From: Candidatus Omnitrophota bacterium
GTDB taxonomy: Bacteria; Omnitrophota; Gorgyraeia; Gygaellales; Profunditerraquicolaceae
Reading direction: 5' to 3'
Assembly (NCBI GenBank): GCA_026387455.1
Contig: JAPLLR010000017.1
Coordinates: 5,635 to 69,634 of the forward strand
DNA: 64,000 nucleotides
In this document: positions 36,616-47,312 of the stretch, piece by piece
How the letters are laid out: each line of letters opens with the position of its first letter
Numbering within the stretch: position 1 is the stretch's first letter
Translations under genes and position numbers: made by a program
The notes under the pieces: model-generated
The model's database searches: none
Seen by the model: only the letters and a program-made list of their open reading frames with translations
Told to the model about the DNA's origin: nothing

Positions 36616-37110
36616 CTAATCTAAATAATACAACGGATCCTGCAGAACCCTGTTCTTGCGCAGTTCAAAATGCACGTGAGGGAGGATGTTACGGTAATTT
36701 GCGTTTCCAGTCTTGCCCACTAGGCCAATAATATGACCTTGGAAGACGATCTGACCCTTGTGCACGTATATCGCCGAAAGGTGCCCATAGAGGGTAGTGT
36801 AGCCGCCCAAGTGTTTGATCACAACATATTTACCCATACCGCGGATTTGCTTTGCCGAGGTGACAATCCCTGAGCGACTGGCAAGAATGGGTGTCCCGAT
36901 TTCAGCCAGAAGATCCACGCCTTGATGCGTCCTTCGACCGCTACGATGCGTGCCAAAATAGCCGCTGCCGCGGCCGTCATTACGGATGATCAGGTCTTCC
37001 TGATAGACAATGGGAGAAATAAATCTCTCTTTGAACAGAAAAAGGACTCCCGTAGAAACAAAAACAATCGCAATTATTAATAAAAATAGTAGAATTTTCT
37101 TCATGACCAT
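36616..37110 (-). CDS. M23-family (LytM-domain) peptidase.
   Basis: HQGVDL...YGHL...HVHFE metal-ligand motifs. Confidence 0.7.
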   Translation of the reverse strand: MVMKKILLFLLIIAIVFVSTGVLFLFKERFISPIVYQEDLIIRNDGRGSGYFGTHRSGRRTHQGVDLLAEIGTPILASRSGIVTSAKQIRGMGKYVVIKHLGGYTTLYGHLSAIYVHKGQIVFQGHIIGLVGKTGNANYRNILPHVHFELRKNRVLQDPLYYLD

Positions 37111-38591
37111 GATTTTACGCGGCGTATCAGACCATAAAGCACATTAATCAGACAAACAAGTATAAACCAATCTCCGTAACGGGTGTAGATCCCCGGCTTT
37201 GCGCTCAAAACGCCTATAGTCTGTGTATCAATGCCATCGACAAAAATATTCCGGCCGGAACCGTCACCGGCAAGCGAGATTATTTTACCGCTTGGAGCGA
37301 TAAATCCGGATACGCCGGTATTGGCTGAGCGCACCAGATATCTGCGATTCTCAACCGCCCTGAACACCGAAGCCTGCAAGTGCTGATAAGGAGCTGTTGT
37401 TAATTTGTACCAAGCGTCGTTAGTAATATTCACCAAGAACCCTGCCCCGCGCTTTGTAAACTCTCGCGATAATTCCGGAAAAAGATCCTCAAAACAAATC
37501 AGCACTGCGAATTTACCTTTGGCATTAAATATATAATGGCTTCTCCCCTTTTCAATATCTCCGATAGGAACAACCGTCTCCAAAAACGGCAGGTATTTCT
37601 TGAGGGGGATGTATTCGCCAAAAGGCACCAGATGCAATTTATCATAGCGGCCGGCAATCTGCCCATTTTGGCCAATCAGCAGCGCACTATTAAAAAATAT
37701 GTCTTTTGAACGGGTGACCGCACCCAGAAGAATAGGCATCTTTATTCTTTTGGCCAGCGCGTAAAAAGAGTCAAAAATATCGTCGTCCTGGCCGAACAGC
37801 CCGGGACTGGCTGCCTCAGGCCAGACGATCAGATCCGGCCTCTCCTTCGCAGCTTGCTCAGTCATACGAGAATACTTATTCACGATGTAGCCCATTGCCC
37901 GCTCATCCCACTTCAGTTCTTGCGAAATATTGCCCTGGATCACAGAAACTTTCAGTAGTAAATCGTAAGTGGTAGATCGTAAGTTATAAATTCGAAAATA
38001 TCCGTAAGAAAATACTACGGTCAGCACCGAAACCAATATAATAATAACGGCTTTTAATCTCGGCCACATACCTTCTCTTACCGCCCATATAATTTCAACC
38101 GTAGCAACATTAACCAAAACCAGTAAATACGATACTCCCCAGGTTCCGGTAATGTCTGCCATTTGAATCACCGGAAGATTAAGGTACTGGGAGTACCCCA
38201 GGAGTGCCCAGGGAAAACCCGTTAGCAAGTAGCTACGCGCATATTCCAATAAAACCCAGACTGAGGGAATGAATAACAGACTAAAGACCGTGGAGTTTCT
38301 TGTGAAGGGACGAATAATCAAGCCGAACGCGGCAAAATATAAGGCTAAATACAAAATCAGTACGATCGTACCGGCTAAAGTAACATGCGCCAGCCAATAA
38401 ATAACCCCCGACCAATAGACGAACCCGGTAATAAAGAATATCAAAGAAGCTAATCTTTTAGATGTGTTTTTTAGCGCAAAAAATGCGGGCACAAAACCAA
38501 ACCAGGCAAGAAAACTAAAAATAGAGGAGAAAAAAGGCAGGACGAGTAAAACCGCAGACAATAAAAAAAGCGGGATTATTTTCCGCAGCAT
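37101..38591 (-). CDS. lnt: Apolipoprotein N-acyltransferase.
   Basis: 496 aa: N-terminal multi-TM region plus C-terminal CN-hydrolase domain (VWPEAA, LICFE catalytic Cys). Confidence 0.7.
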   Translation of the reverse strand: MLRKIIPLFLLSAVLLVLPFFSSIFSFLAWFGFVPAFFALKNTSKRLASLIFFITGFVYWSGVIYWLAHVTLAGTIVLILYLALYFAAFGLIIRPFTRNSTVFSLLFIPSVWVLLEYARSYLLTGFPWALLGYSQYLNLPVIQMADITGTWGVSYLLVLVNVATVEIIWAVREGMWPRLKAVIIILVSVLTVVFSYGYFRIYNLRSTTYDLLLKVSVIQGNISQELKWDERAMGYIVNKYSRMTEQAAKERPDLIVWPEAASPGLFGQDDDIFDSFYALAKRIKMPILLGAVTRSKDIFFNSALLIGQNGQIAGRYDKLHLVPFGEYIPLKKYLPFLETVVPIGDIEKGRSHYIFNAKGKFAVLICFEDLFPELSREFTKRGAGFLVNITNDAWYKLTTAPYQHLQASVFRAVENRRYLVRSANTGVSGFIAPSGKIISLAGDGSGRNIFVDGIDTQTIGVLSAKPGIYTRYGDWFILVCLINVLYGLIRRVKSWS

Positions 38592-41500
38592 TTCTTATAT
38601 TTTTTCCCGGAGCCGCAGGGGCAGGGCTCATTACGCCCGACTTTAGGATGAGTAGATTGAACGGACTTGCTTTCAGCGCTTTCTGCGGTAAAGCCCTCAG
38701 CTGCAGGTGACTCAAATTTCGCCGCTTCCGGATGCACCATCTGCTGAGTAACAGAACTGAATACCCCCCGGAATCTTTCTTCCTTGGCCGGCTGCAGCTT
38801 AAAAACTGTTTCCACCGCCTCTTCTTTAATGGAACCACACATCTCGGTGAACATCTGAAAAGCTTCGCGCTTATATTCGATCAGGGGATCGCGCTGGGCA
38901 TAGGCGCGCAGGCGTATACCCTCGCGCAATTTATCCATGGTATAGAGATGATCCTTCCATTTAGAATCAATGATCTGTAGAAACACCATGCGCTCAAGAT
39001 GACGTAGCAACCCTTCACCAACAGCCTGCTCTTTATCCAGGTAATATTTGTTAAGACCAGCCGATAAAGCAACGCGTATCGAGTGGCTGTCCATATTCTG
39101 CAGTTGCGAAGGCGCAATATCAATATTAAATTTCAGTTTCAAGGAACTAGAGATTGTCACGGCGTCAGGCTCACCTGCCTGTCCTGCCTCACCCGCATAA
39201 GTTGCTAATATTCCGTCTACAGCATCATCAATTGAACCGATAATCTCTTCTTTAAGAGAAACACCCTCAAGTATTTCTTTGCGCTGGCCGTAAATGATCT
39301 CGCGCTGCTTGTTCATTACTGTATCATATTCCAAAAGTTGTTTTCTGATTTCATAGTTCTGCTGCTCCACGCGGTGCTGGGCGGTTTCAATAGACTTGGA
39401 GAACATGCCAGCCATGTGGCCTTCTTTGGCAGTGAGAGACTCTCCCTGTGTATCCAAGCCATTAAGCCACTTGATGATCCAGTCCGGAGCGAATAGCCGC
39501 ATCAGGTCATCGCCGAATGATACGTAAAAGCGCGATGAGCCGGGATCCCCCTGACGGCCACAGCGTCCACGCAGCTGGTTGTCGATTCTGCGCGCCTCAT
39601 GGCGCTCAGTGGCCAGCACATGCAGTCCGCCCACCGCGACAACTTTCTCATGCTCAAGCATAGTTTCCTGTTTATATTTTTCAAAGATAGCCTTATACTC
39701 TTCGTGATAATTCGGATCATCGGCATTTAATTTCTGCTTAGCTACATTCCGAGCCATAAATTCCGGATTCCCGCCCAACAGAATATCCGTACCGCGCCCG
39801 GCCATATTGGTAGCGATAGTCACTGCTTTATAGCGGCCGGCCTGAGCCACGATCTGCGCCTCCAACTCATGATATTTAGCGTTTAAGACTTGGTGGGTAA
39901 CCCCCCGACGCTTTAAAAGCTCCGAAAGATGCTCGGATTTATCGATAGAGATGGTGCCGACTAGAACCGGCTGACCATTGTTGTTATGCTCGACAATCTC
40001 CTCCACCACCGCGTTAAATTTCTCCTCTTCAGCTTTAAATACCAAATCCGGATAATTGGTCCGGATAAGCTTTCGGTTAGTAGGAATGACCACCACGTCC
40101 AACTGATAAATTCCCTCAAACTCATTGGCTTCGGTAAAAGCTGTCCCGGTCATACCAGCGAGTTTTTCATACATGCGAAAATAATTCTGGAAAGTAATTG
40201 TTGCCAGGGTCTGGTTCTCCCGCTCGATACGCATCCCCTCTTTTGCCTCAACCGCCTGATGCAAGCCGTCTGACCAGCGCCTTCCGGGCATCATCCTGCC
40301 GGTAAATTCATCGACGATAATCACCTGTCCATCTTTGACCACATAATCCACGTCCCGCTTGTAAAGATTATGCGCGTAGAGCGCCTGGATCACGTGATGG
40401 CGCCACTCCATGGTCTCAATATCGTGCAGGTTATCAATCTTTAGGATCGAACAGACCTTGGCCTCGCCCTCTTCGGTAAGGTAAGCGGTATGCGCCTTTT
40501 CATCAACAATGTATTCATATCCTTTTGCCAGATCCTCACCCTTATGTTTGGCGTCGATCTCTTCTCTTTCCAGGATCATCTTGCCTTTCAAGCGCGGGAC
40601 GATATTATTGATAGTGTAATATTTGTCGGTAGATTCCTCGGCGGGACCTGAAATAATCAGGGGAGTGCGCGCCTCATCCACCAGAATAGAATCAACTTCA
40701 TCGACTATAGCGTAAAAAAACTGCCTCTGTACCAGCTCGTCGATAGAGTACTTCATGTTGTCGCGCAAATAATCAAAGCCAAACTCATTATTCGTTCCGT
40801 AAGTGATGTCGCAGGCATACGCGACTTTACGCTCGTCATCAGACATCTCATGCTGGATCACCCCGATACTTAATCCTAAAAACTCATAGACCGGACCCAT
40901 CCATTCCCGATCGCGCCGGGCAAGGTAATCATTGACTGTCACCACATGCACACCCTTACCTAAAAGGGCGTTGGTGTAAGCGGAAAGTGTCGCCACAAGA
41001 GTCTTTCCTTCACCGGTAGCCATTTCCGCGATCCTACCCTCGTGCAAAACAAAACCTCCGGCAATCTGGGTATCAAAGTGTCGCAGTCCTATGGTGCGCG
41101 AGGCTGCCTCCCGCACTACCGCAAAAGCCTCCGGCAAGATCTCTTCAAAAATATGGTTACGGGTGAGCTTTATCTTACTTTTAAGTTTTTCTTTATCCTC
41201 GGGGATAGCTATGGCAGACATCGCCTCCTGCAATTCCTTGATCTCAGGCTCAATTTCAGCGTTTTTACGGGTTAGCAGATCCTTAAATTCCCGGGTCTTG
41301 GCCTGCAGGGCACTGTCAGTAAGCCCACTGATCTTGGGCTCAAGCTTATTCACTTGATCCACAAAACGGGCCACATCCACCATCTTATTCATAGAAGGCT
41401 GCGGCATCTCGGAATGCAAAATGATCTGCACATCCGGATACCGCTTGCTGATCGCGGCCTGTTTATGTTTAAGCATGCTTTCTTTGATAAACCTTAACAT
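38576..41500 (-). CDS. secA: Preprotein translocase ATPase SecA.
   Basis: 974 aa. Walker A MATGEGKTLVATL. C-terminal zinc-binding tail KVGRNEPCPCGSGKKYKKCCGK. AAGGA RBS 6 nt before the ATG. Confidence 0.9.
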   Translation of the reverse strand: MLRFIKESMLKHKQAAISKRYPDVQIILHSEMPQPSMNKMVDVARFVDQVNKLEPKISGLTDSALQAKTREFKDLLTRKNAEIEPEIKELQEAMSAIAIPEDKEKLKSKIKLTRNHIFEEILPEAFAVVREAASRTIGLRHFDTQIAGGFVLHEGRIAEMATGEGKTLVATLSAYTNALLGKGVHVVTVNDYLARRDREWMGPVYEFLGLSIGVIQHEMSDDERKVAYACDITYGTNNEFGFDYLRDNMKYSIDELVQRQFFYAIVDEVDSILVDEARTPLIISGPAEESTDKYYTINNIVPRLKGKMILEREEIDAKHKGEDLAKGYEYIVDEKAHTAYLTEEGEAKVCSILKIDNLHDIETMEWRHHVIQALYAHNLYKRDVDYVVKDGQVIIVDEFTGRMMPGRRWSDGLHQAVEAKEGMRIERENQTLATITFQNYFRMYEKLAGMTGTAFTEANEFEGIYQLDVVVIPTNRKLIRTNYPDLVFKAEEEKFNAVVEEIVEHNNNGQPVLVGTISIDKSEHLSELLKRRGVTHQVLNAKYHELEAQIVAQAGRYKAVTIATNMAGRGTDILLGGNPEFMARNVAKQKLNADDPNYHEEYKAIFEKYKQETMLEHEKVVAVGGLHVLATERHEARRIDNQLRGRCGRQGDPGSSRFYVSFGDDLMRLFAPDWIIKWLNGLDTQGESLTAKEGHMAGMFSKSIETAQHRVEQQNYEIRKQLLEYDTVMNKQREIIYGQRKEILEGVSLKEEIIGSIDDAVDGILATYAGEAGQAGEPDAVTISSSLKLKFNIDIAPSQLQNMDSHSIRVALSAGLNKYYLDKEQAVGEGLLRHLERMVFLQIIDSKWKDHLYTMDKLREGIRLRAYAQRDPLIEYKREAFQMFTEMCGSIKEEAVETVFKLQPAKEERFRGVFSSVTQQMVHPEAAKFESPAAEGFTAESAESKSVQSTHPKVGRNEPCPCGSGKKYKKCCGK

Positions 41501-41502
41501 GA

Positions 41503-42610
41503 TTATCCTTTGATTTCAGCGCTCAATCTTAAAAACGCTTCGATGAATTCATCTATCCCGCCATCCAGCACCTTTGCGGTATCTCCAGTCTCAATATCAG
41601 TGCGATGGTCCTTGGCCAGGTTGTAAGGATGCAATACATAAGAGCGTATCTGGCTGCCCCATTCGATCTTTTTCTTCTCTACGCCGTATTGCTTTAATAA
41701 TTCCTTCTCCTTTTTCTCCTGCTCAAATTCAAACAGGCGCCCCTTTAAAATCTTTAAAGCGGTTTGCTTGTTCTGATGCTGCGAGCGCTCATTCTGACAC
41801 TGCGCCACTATACCCGTCGGAATATGGGTGATGCGCACTGCGGAATCCGTGGTGTTGACGCTCTGGCCGCCTGCGCCCTTGGAACGGTATACATCTATGC
41901 GTAGATCTTTCTCTTCTATTTCTATGTCCGCATCTTCAGTGATCTCCGGGATCACATCCACCGAAGCAAAAGATGTGTGCCTGCGCTTGTTGGAATCAAA
42001 GGGGGAGATACGCACCAGCCGGTGCACACCCCGCTCCGCTTTCAAATATCCGTAGGCGTATTCACCCTCGATGAGAATAGTAGCGTTCTTGATTCCCGCC
42101 TCTTCTCCGGGAAGCATATCAATGGATTTGACCTCGTAGCCATGGCGCTGTGCCCAGCGGTTATACATGCGAAAGAGCATGCTTACCCAATCGCAGGATT
42201 CCGTGCCTCCGGCTCCGGCATTTACACTTAAAATCGCGCTGTTGCGGTCAAACTGTCCACCCAATAAACTCTTAAACTCCAGCCTCTCCGTCTCCTGGGT
42301 GAGAATAGCTAGATTACGGTTTAGTTCCGCAGCTAATTCTGTTTCAAGGGGGGTGGTGATACCGGAGAGCTCATGCAATTCCTGATATTTGTTGCGAGCA
42401 ACCTCCCATAGCTCAACGCTGGACTTAAGACTCTTAAGCTCTCTTACTACCTTGGTAGATTGCTCGGAATTATCCCAGAATCCGGCCACAGACATCTGCG
42501 CGGAAAGTTCGGCAATGAGTTTCTTTTTGGCATCGATGTCAAAGATACCCCCTGAGCTGCTGGAGCCGAATATCGATCAATGCGAGTTTCGATTGGATAT
42601 CCTCTAACAT
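41503..42610 (-). CDS. prfB: Peptide chain release factor 2, with the programmed +1 ribosomal frameshift. Frame 0 runs 42610-42539 and the main frame runs from 42540 onward.
   Basis: Hand translation of frame 0 gives MLEDIQSKLALIDIRLQQLRGYL, then the in-frame TGA within AGGGGG TAT CTT TGA C. This is the classical SD-like element plus CUU UGA C shift site. Downstream frame contains SPF and GGQ (GGQSVN) motifs. Confidence 0.85.
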
Positions 42611-42662
42611 AAATTTTCCTTTGCCCTTCCTTTATAGGTACAGGAAGGCCTGCCCTTGTGGG

Positions 42663-43736
42663 CTAAGCTCTGCGAATTCCTTTTAAGGTCAACACAAACT
42701 CATCGCGGTTATCGGCAAAATTCCCAGCCTCTTCTTCGCTGATCTTGCCTGCTTTGACCAGTTTAACCAAGGACTGGTCAAATGAACACATCCCGAACAG
42801 CTCGCCATCCTCGATATACTGCTGCATATCCTGAACCTTACCCTCGCGGATCAGACGGCTGATAGTAGGAGTCAAAAGCATAGACTCATAAGCTGGCACT
42901 CTTCCGTTTGCATTGTGCGCCGGGACCAGACGCAAAGATATGACCCCTTTTAAAATAGTGGCCAGCTGATTCCTGGTCTCCTGATGTTGATGCGGCGGGA
43001 AGAAATTAATGATCCTCTCTACACTTTGGCTAGCGTTGACGGTATGCAGAGTGCTCAAAACCAGTACCCCGGTCTCCGCAGCGGTGATCGCCGCCTGCAT
43101 GGTATCATAATCACGGATATTCCCGATGAAAATAACATCCGGACTTTGAAGCGTAAATGCTTTTAAGGCAGCCGCATAGGACTGCACATCCAGGCCCAAT
43201 TCGCGCTGATTGATCAGGGATTTATTATCCTTAAAAGTGAATTCAATGGGCTCTTCGACGGTAAGAATATGTTTATTGCAATTGCTATTAATATATTCAA
43301 TCATGCTGGCGATTGTGGTAGACTTGCCGCTGCCCATAGTGCCGGTCAGCAAAACCAGGCCTCTTTTTTCCAGGGAGAGCTTTTTTAGCACGTCCGCCGG
43401 CAACATCAGGTCCTCAAAGTTCTGAACTACGTTTTGTATGCTCCTGATGACAATGGAAGGCCAGTTGCGCTGCATGAAAATGCTTATCCTGAACCTGCGG
43501 TCAAGACCTTCAAAGTAATAGGCAAAGTCAATATCCATATTCTCTTTAAAGAGAGCGCGCTGTCTGGGGTTCATCAGCTCTTCGGTGGCCGCCATCACGT
43601 CGTCGACGCTTAAGACAATATCCGACATCTGCACCACCTGGCCGTCTATCCTTAAACGCGGGGTGCCGCCGGCGCGAAAGAAAAGGTCTGAAGCGCTCTT
43701 TGCCACCATCTCTTTAAGCAAATCTTTGATTTTCAT
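42663..43736 (-). CDS. pilT: Type IV pilus retraction ATPase PilT.
   Basis: 357 aa; Walker A GTMGSGKST; PilT-type N-terminus and Asp/His boxes. Confidence 0.75.
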   Translation of the reverse strand: MKIKDLLKEMVAKSASDLFFRAGGTPRLRIDGQVVQMSDIVLSVDDVMAATEELMNPRQRALFKENMDIDFAYYFEGLDRRFRISIFMQRNWPSIVIRSIQNVVQNFEDLMLPADVLKKLSLEKRGLVLLTGTMGSGKSTTIASMIEYINSNCNKHILTVEEPIEFTFKDNKSLINQRELGLDVQSYAAALKAFTLQSPDVIFIGNIRDYDTMQAAITAAETGVLVLSTLHTVNASQSVERIINFFPPHQHQETRNQLATILKGVISLRLVPAHNANGRVPAYESMLLTPTISRLIREGKVQDMQQYIEDGELFGMCSFDQSLVKLVKAGKISEEEAGNFADNRDEFVLTLKGIRRA

Positions 43737-43789
43737 AATGTCCTCCGCTTATATCCTAATATCCGGGAAAAAACACAATTGAATATGTA

Positions 43790-44074
43790 TTATATCACTA
43801 ATCTTGCCGTCAGGAACTCTTTTATTTTCCGCTCCCGGCTCAAAAGCAAAACCTTCTTCTTTACCCCAAAGACATAGCCTCCCAAATCGTTACCGCACTT
43901 TACTACCCGGTGGCAGGGGATAATAACCGGCCAAGGATTCTTGTTTAAAATATTCCCCACTGCGCGGTAAGCATTAGGCCTGCCGGATTTCTTAGCCACC
44001 CACTTGTAGCTACGCGTTTCGCCTAACGGAATCGTTGAAACAACCCGAAAAACTCTTCTGGCAAACTCTGTCAT
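43790..44074 (-). CDS. MGMT-family (methylated-DNA-protein-cysteine methyltransferase DNA-binding domain) protein.
   Basis: 94 aa with PCHRVV active-site-type motif. Confidence 0.6.
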   Translation of the reverse strand: MTEFARRVFRVVSTIPLGETRSYKWVAKKSGRPNAYRAVGNILNKNPWPVIIPCHRVVKCGNDLGGYVFGVKKKVLLLSRERKIKEFLTARLVI

Positions 44075-44101
44075 TGGTTTATTTCGTTACCAACCTAATA
44101 A

Positions 44102-45334
44102 TTACCTGCCTATCACTTTCTTGCGATGCAATAAGTGATGATACGCCTGAGCGAATCGATGCGCCTCATCGCGCACCCGGCGGATGAGATTTAACGCAGG
44201 AGTATCAGATTTCAATTGTATGGGATTAACTTTACCCAGCAGATAAATATTTTCTTCTTCTTTGGCGATACTGGCTAAAGGTATAGGCAAACCAAAATCC
44301 AAAAGCACTTTCGCCGCGGTCATCAAATGTCCTTTGCCCCCGTCAATAAGGATAAGATCAGGCTTGGGCAGCTTTTGCTCAATAACCCGGGCATAACGCC
44401 TTCTCACCACTTCCTGCATCATGGCGTAATCATCGATTGCGTTGACCGCCTTAATTTTAAAACGGCGATAATTATTTTTATCCGGTTTGCCCTTGTGAAA
44501 ACTGACCATCGACCCCGTCGCCTCTTTGCCACAGATATTAGCGATATCAAAACATTCAATACGCTCCGGAATCTTCGACAGCTTCAATAAATTTTTCAGA
44601 TCCTGCATCTCATCGCTACTGCTGAATCCCGGGCGTATCGAGGAAAGCGCGCTTATGGCGCTGATCTGATCGCGCGCTGCCGCAGCCTGCTCAAATTCTT
44701 TATTTTCGGAAAACCGCTTCATTTCAATACTCAGCTTATTAATAAGAGTGTCAGTCTTACCTTCCAGAATTAAACTAATATTCTCAATAGCTAAAGCGTA
44801 ATCTTTTTTACTGATCTTGCCGATACACGGGCCTGGACATAAATTCACCCGGTAATAAAGACAAGCCTTGTCCGGCAGATTCCTGCAGGAGCGTATGGGA
44901 AAACTGCGGCGGATTATCTTTAACGCCTCGCGTAAAAGATTCGCGCTGGTGTAAGGCCCAAGATACCTGCTACCATCATCTTCTTTCTTACGTGTAACAT
45001 AAATCGCAGGAAAATCTTCCTTGGTGATCTTGATCAAAGGAAAGCTTTTGTCATCCCGAAGCGAAATGTTATATTTCGGCATATGCTTATGGATGAGCGC
45101 AGCTTCTAGCAGAAGAGCCAAAGCTTCAGTCGGACACAACTGAACCTGGATATCCGCGACACTGCGCATCTGAATCAGCGTCTTAGTCGCCAGGTCCCTG
45201 CCCAGATAAGTCATCAGCCGCTTTCTTAGCGACTTAGCCTTGCCCACATAAATTATCTTGCCGGCAGAGTCCTTCATTAAATACACGCCCGGCGAATCCG
45301 GCATCTTGGCTATTTTTTCTCGTAAACTGCTCAT
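44102..45334 (-). CDS. uvrC: Short UvrC-type excinuclease subunit: GIY-YIG, UVR and RNase-H-like endonuclease domains, but no C-terminal (HhH)2 domain.
   Basis: 410 aa. GVYLMKD...IYVGKAKSLRKR GIY-YIG motif; EFEQAAAARDQI UVR motif. It ends about 190 aa short of canonical UvrC. Confidence 0.6.
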   Translation of the reverse strand: MSSLREKIAKMPDSPGVYLMKDSAGKIIYVGKAKSLRKRLMTYLGRDLATKTLIQMRSVADIQVQLCPTEALALLLEAALIHKHMPKYNISLRDDKSFPLIKITKEDFPAIYVTRKKEDDGSRYLGPYTSANLLREALKIIRRSFPIRSCRNLPDKACLYYRVNLCPGPCIGKISKKDYALAIENISLILEGKTDTLINKLSIEMKRFSENKEFEQAAAARDQISAISALSSIRPGFSSSDEMQDLKNLLKLSKIPERIECFDIANICGKEATGSMVSFHKGKPDKNNYRRFKIKAVNAIDDYAMMQEVVRRRYARVIEQKLPKPDLILIDGGKGHLMTAAKVLLDFGLPIPLASIAKEEENIYLLGKVNPIQLKSDTPALNLIRRVRDEAHRFAQAYHHLLHRKKVIGR

Positions 45335-45384
45335 AATCTACTATTAACTGTCCCTGACTATGCTTTCACTAAACACTAACTTAT

Positions 45385-45700
45385 GCTATTGTTTAGCGGG
45401 TCCTGCCTTGGCTTGTCCTGCGCGCGGCTTATCGCCGTGCTCGGATCAAACCAAGTCACCCGCTAAACTTACTATTAACTTGCGATCTCGCCAGGTGCAT
45501 TTCTTCATCTGACGGGAGGCTTGGCTTGGTTTCGAGCGGGGCGTCCGAGGAACCGAGCGGGCATGGCGGGCGCCATGCCCGCCTTCGGCGTGCAGACGAG
45601 GTCCGCAGGCCGAGCGAAGTTTTGCCTCGCAGGGGCAAAACAAGCGCCCCCGCGAAAACCAAGACAAGCCCACCCGCCACGAAGCGGAGCGCTCAGTGTT
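45385..45700 (+). repeat. GC-rich modular structured repeat element, copy 1 (module 1 is a long hairpin of about 85 nt; module 2 is a stem-closed multi-hairpin domain of about 170 nt).
   Basis: Local GC is far above the genome average. gtttagcgggt...acccgctaaac closes module 1. ggcttggcttggttt...aaaccaagacaagccc closes module 2. Internal perfect palindromes include gggcatggcgGGcgccatgccc and gttttgcc-tcgcagg-ggcaaaac. Confidence 0.6.
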
Positions 45701-47240
45701 ACCTTTTGCGCCCAGTCACCCAATTCCAAAGCTCCCGCACTTCCGAAACTCCAAAAATAAAACAGAACAAAGCGTACACCGCCACGCCGGCAAAAGTCTC
45801 TAATCCCAGCAGGGCAAATTTATTCATTCCGGCGAGATTGCGCGAAATCAGATAGCACACGCCACCCATACATAAACTCGCCATAAATATACGCACGCAA
45901 GAAATTATAACCTGTTTGTTACCAAAATCTCCGATCTTCTTCTCCAGAAGTACGAACAACACAAAAAACGATATTATCCCGGAGACGGAAGTCGCCAAAG
46001 CAATACCTGCGATCTTAAGAGGAAACATAAGGCTCGCGCAAAAAACAATATTCATAATCAAAGCCAGCGCTGAAACCTTAGTAGGCGTAACCGTATCTTT
46101 AAGCGAAAAAAAACAGGATTGCAGGATACGCGTTCCCCCGTATGCGAATAAGCCCACGCTATAAAAAAACAATGCGCTGGCAGTAAGCCGGGCAGAGTAA
46201 GCGTCAAACTTTCCTCCCCCGAAAAGCGTAGTCACTATGGGATTGCTCAAAACCATAAACGCTACTGTTGCCGGAATCATTACAAAAAACGTGGCGCGCA
46301 GGCCCCAGGAAAGCGTATGTTTTAAATTTGCGTGATTATCTTCCAGCGCCTGGGTCGAGAATGTCGGCAGTATTGCCTGGGAGAGTGCGGTGCTGAAAAG
46401 GCCCAGAGGAAACTGGATCAGCCGATAAGAAAAATATAAAACCGCTACACCACCGTCGCCTACGATAAAAGCCAATGAACCAAAAATAGAATCAACAAAA
46501 TTATTCAGCTGATAAATGCTGGTGCTTAAGACCCGCGGTAGCATCAGCTTACCAATAGTCCTGGCCCCGGGATGATTAAAAGTCTTAGGGATTTTAAAAC
46601 GGAAACCCTTTTGATACAAAACAGGCACCTGTACCGCCAACTGCAAAACCCCGCCCACTAAAACGCCTAATGCCAATCCCTTTATTCCCTCTCCAAACAA
46701 AAGCGCAAAGACAATAATAGAAATATTTAAAAGACAGGGCGCGAATGCCGGGGCGGCAAAATGCTTAAGGGAGTTCAGGATCCCCATACAATAAGCGGCG
46801 AGGCTGATCAAGAGGATATAGGGAAAGATATAGCGGTTAAGCTCAACCGTAGCCCAGAACTTATCCGGCGACTCCACAAATCCCGGAGCGATCAGACGCA
46901 CGATAACCGGAGAGAAAATCACACCCAAAAGAGTAATCAGGGAAAGCACCACCAAGAGCAGATTAAGCACTACATTAGCCAGCTCCCAAAACTCTTCCTT
47001 AGTGCGCCTATGCTGATATTCGCTGAACACCGGGACAAAAGCGGCGTTGGTCGCACCTTCGCCCACAAAATCGCGCAAAAGATTGGGAATACGAAAAGCA
47101 ATGACAAAAGCCTGAGCTATGGTGTAAACTCCGAAAAGCCGGGCAATGACCACATCCCGGATAAATCCGAGGATTCGCGAGATAAGGGTGGCAAAACTGA
47201 TAAGGGTGGCGGATCTGGCTACGGATTTGTTTGTTGACAT
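45699..47240 (-). CDS. murJ: Lipid II flippase MurJ (MOP superfamily).
   Basis: 513 aa. N-terminus ...LISRILGFIRDVVIARLFG and 14-TM layout typical of MurJ/MviN. Confidence 0.75.
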   Translation of the reverse strand: MSTNKSVARSATLISFATLISRILGFIRDVVIARLFGVYTIAQAFVIAFRIPNLLRDFVGEGATNAAFVPVFSEYQHRRTKEEFWELANVVLNLLLVVLSLITLLGVIFSPVIVRLIAPGFVESPDKFWATVELNRYIFPYILLISLAAYCMGILNSLKHFAAPAFAPCLLNISIIVFALLFGEGIKGLALGVLVGGVLQLAVQVPVLYQKGFRFKIPKTFNHPGARTIGKLMLPRVLSTSIYQLNNFVDSIFGSLAFIVGDGGVAVLYFSYRLIQFPLGLFSTALSQAILPTFSTQALEDNHANLKHTLSWGLRATFFVMIPATVAFMVLSNPIVTTLFGGGKFDAYSARLTASALFFYSVGLFAYGGTRILQSCFFSLKDTVTPTKVSALALIMNIVFCASLMFPLKIAGIALATSVSGIISFFVLFVLLEKKIGDFGNKQVIISCVRIFMASLCMGGVCYLISRNLAGMNKFALLGLETFAGVAVYALFCFIFGVSEVRELWNWVTGRKR

Positions 47241-47312
47241 AGGGGGTTAATTATGGTAACTTATGAAACATAAATCGCCAGAAGGAAAATCTGGCTCATT
47301 AAGGAGTCTATT

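Noticed and set aside
38515-41357. Internal or antisense ORFs within secA (38515..38838, 38732..38980, 38881..39123, 39502..39726, 39986..40273, 41042..41357).
   Set aside because: They are entirely embedded in the well-supported 974-aa SecA reading frame, or antisense to it. None has independent motifs.
41504-41560. A separate small gene considered between prfB and secA.
   Set aside because: The prfB TAA stop lies inside the secA RBS region (AAAGGATAATCATG). There is no room for a separate gene, and the two are translationally coupled.
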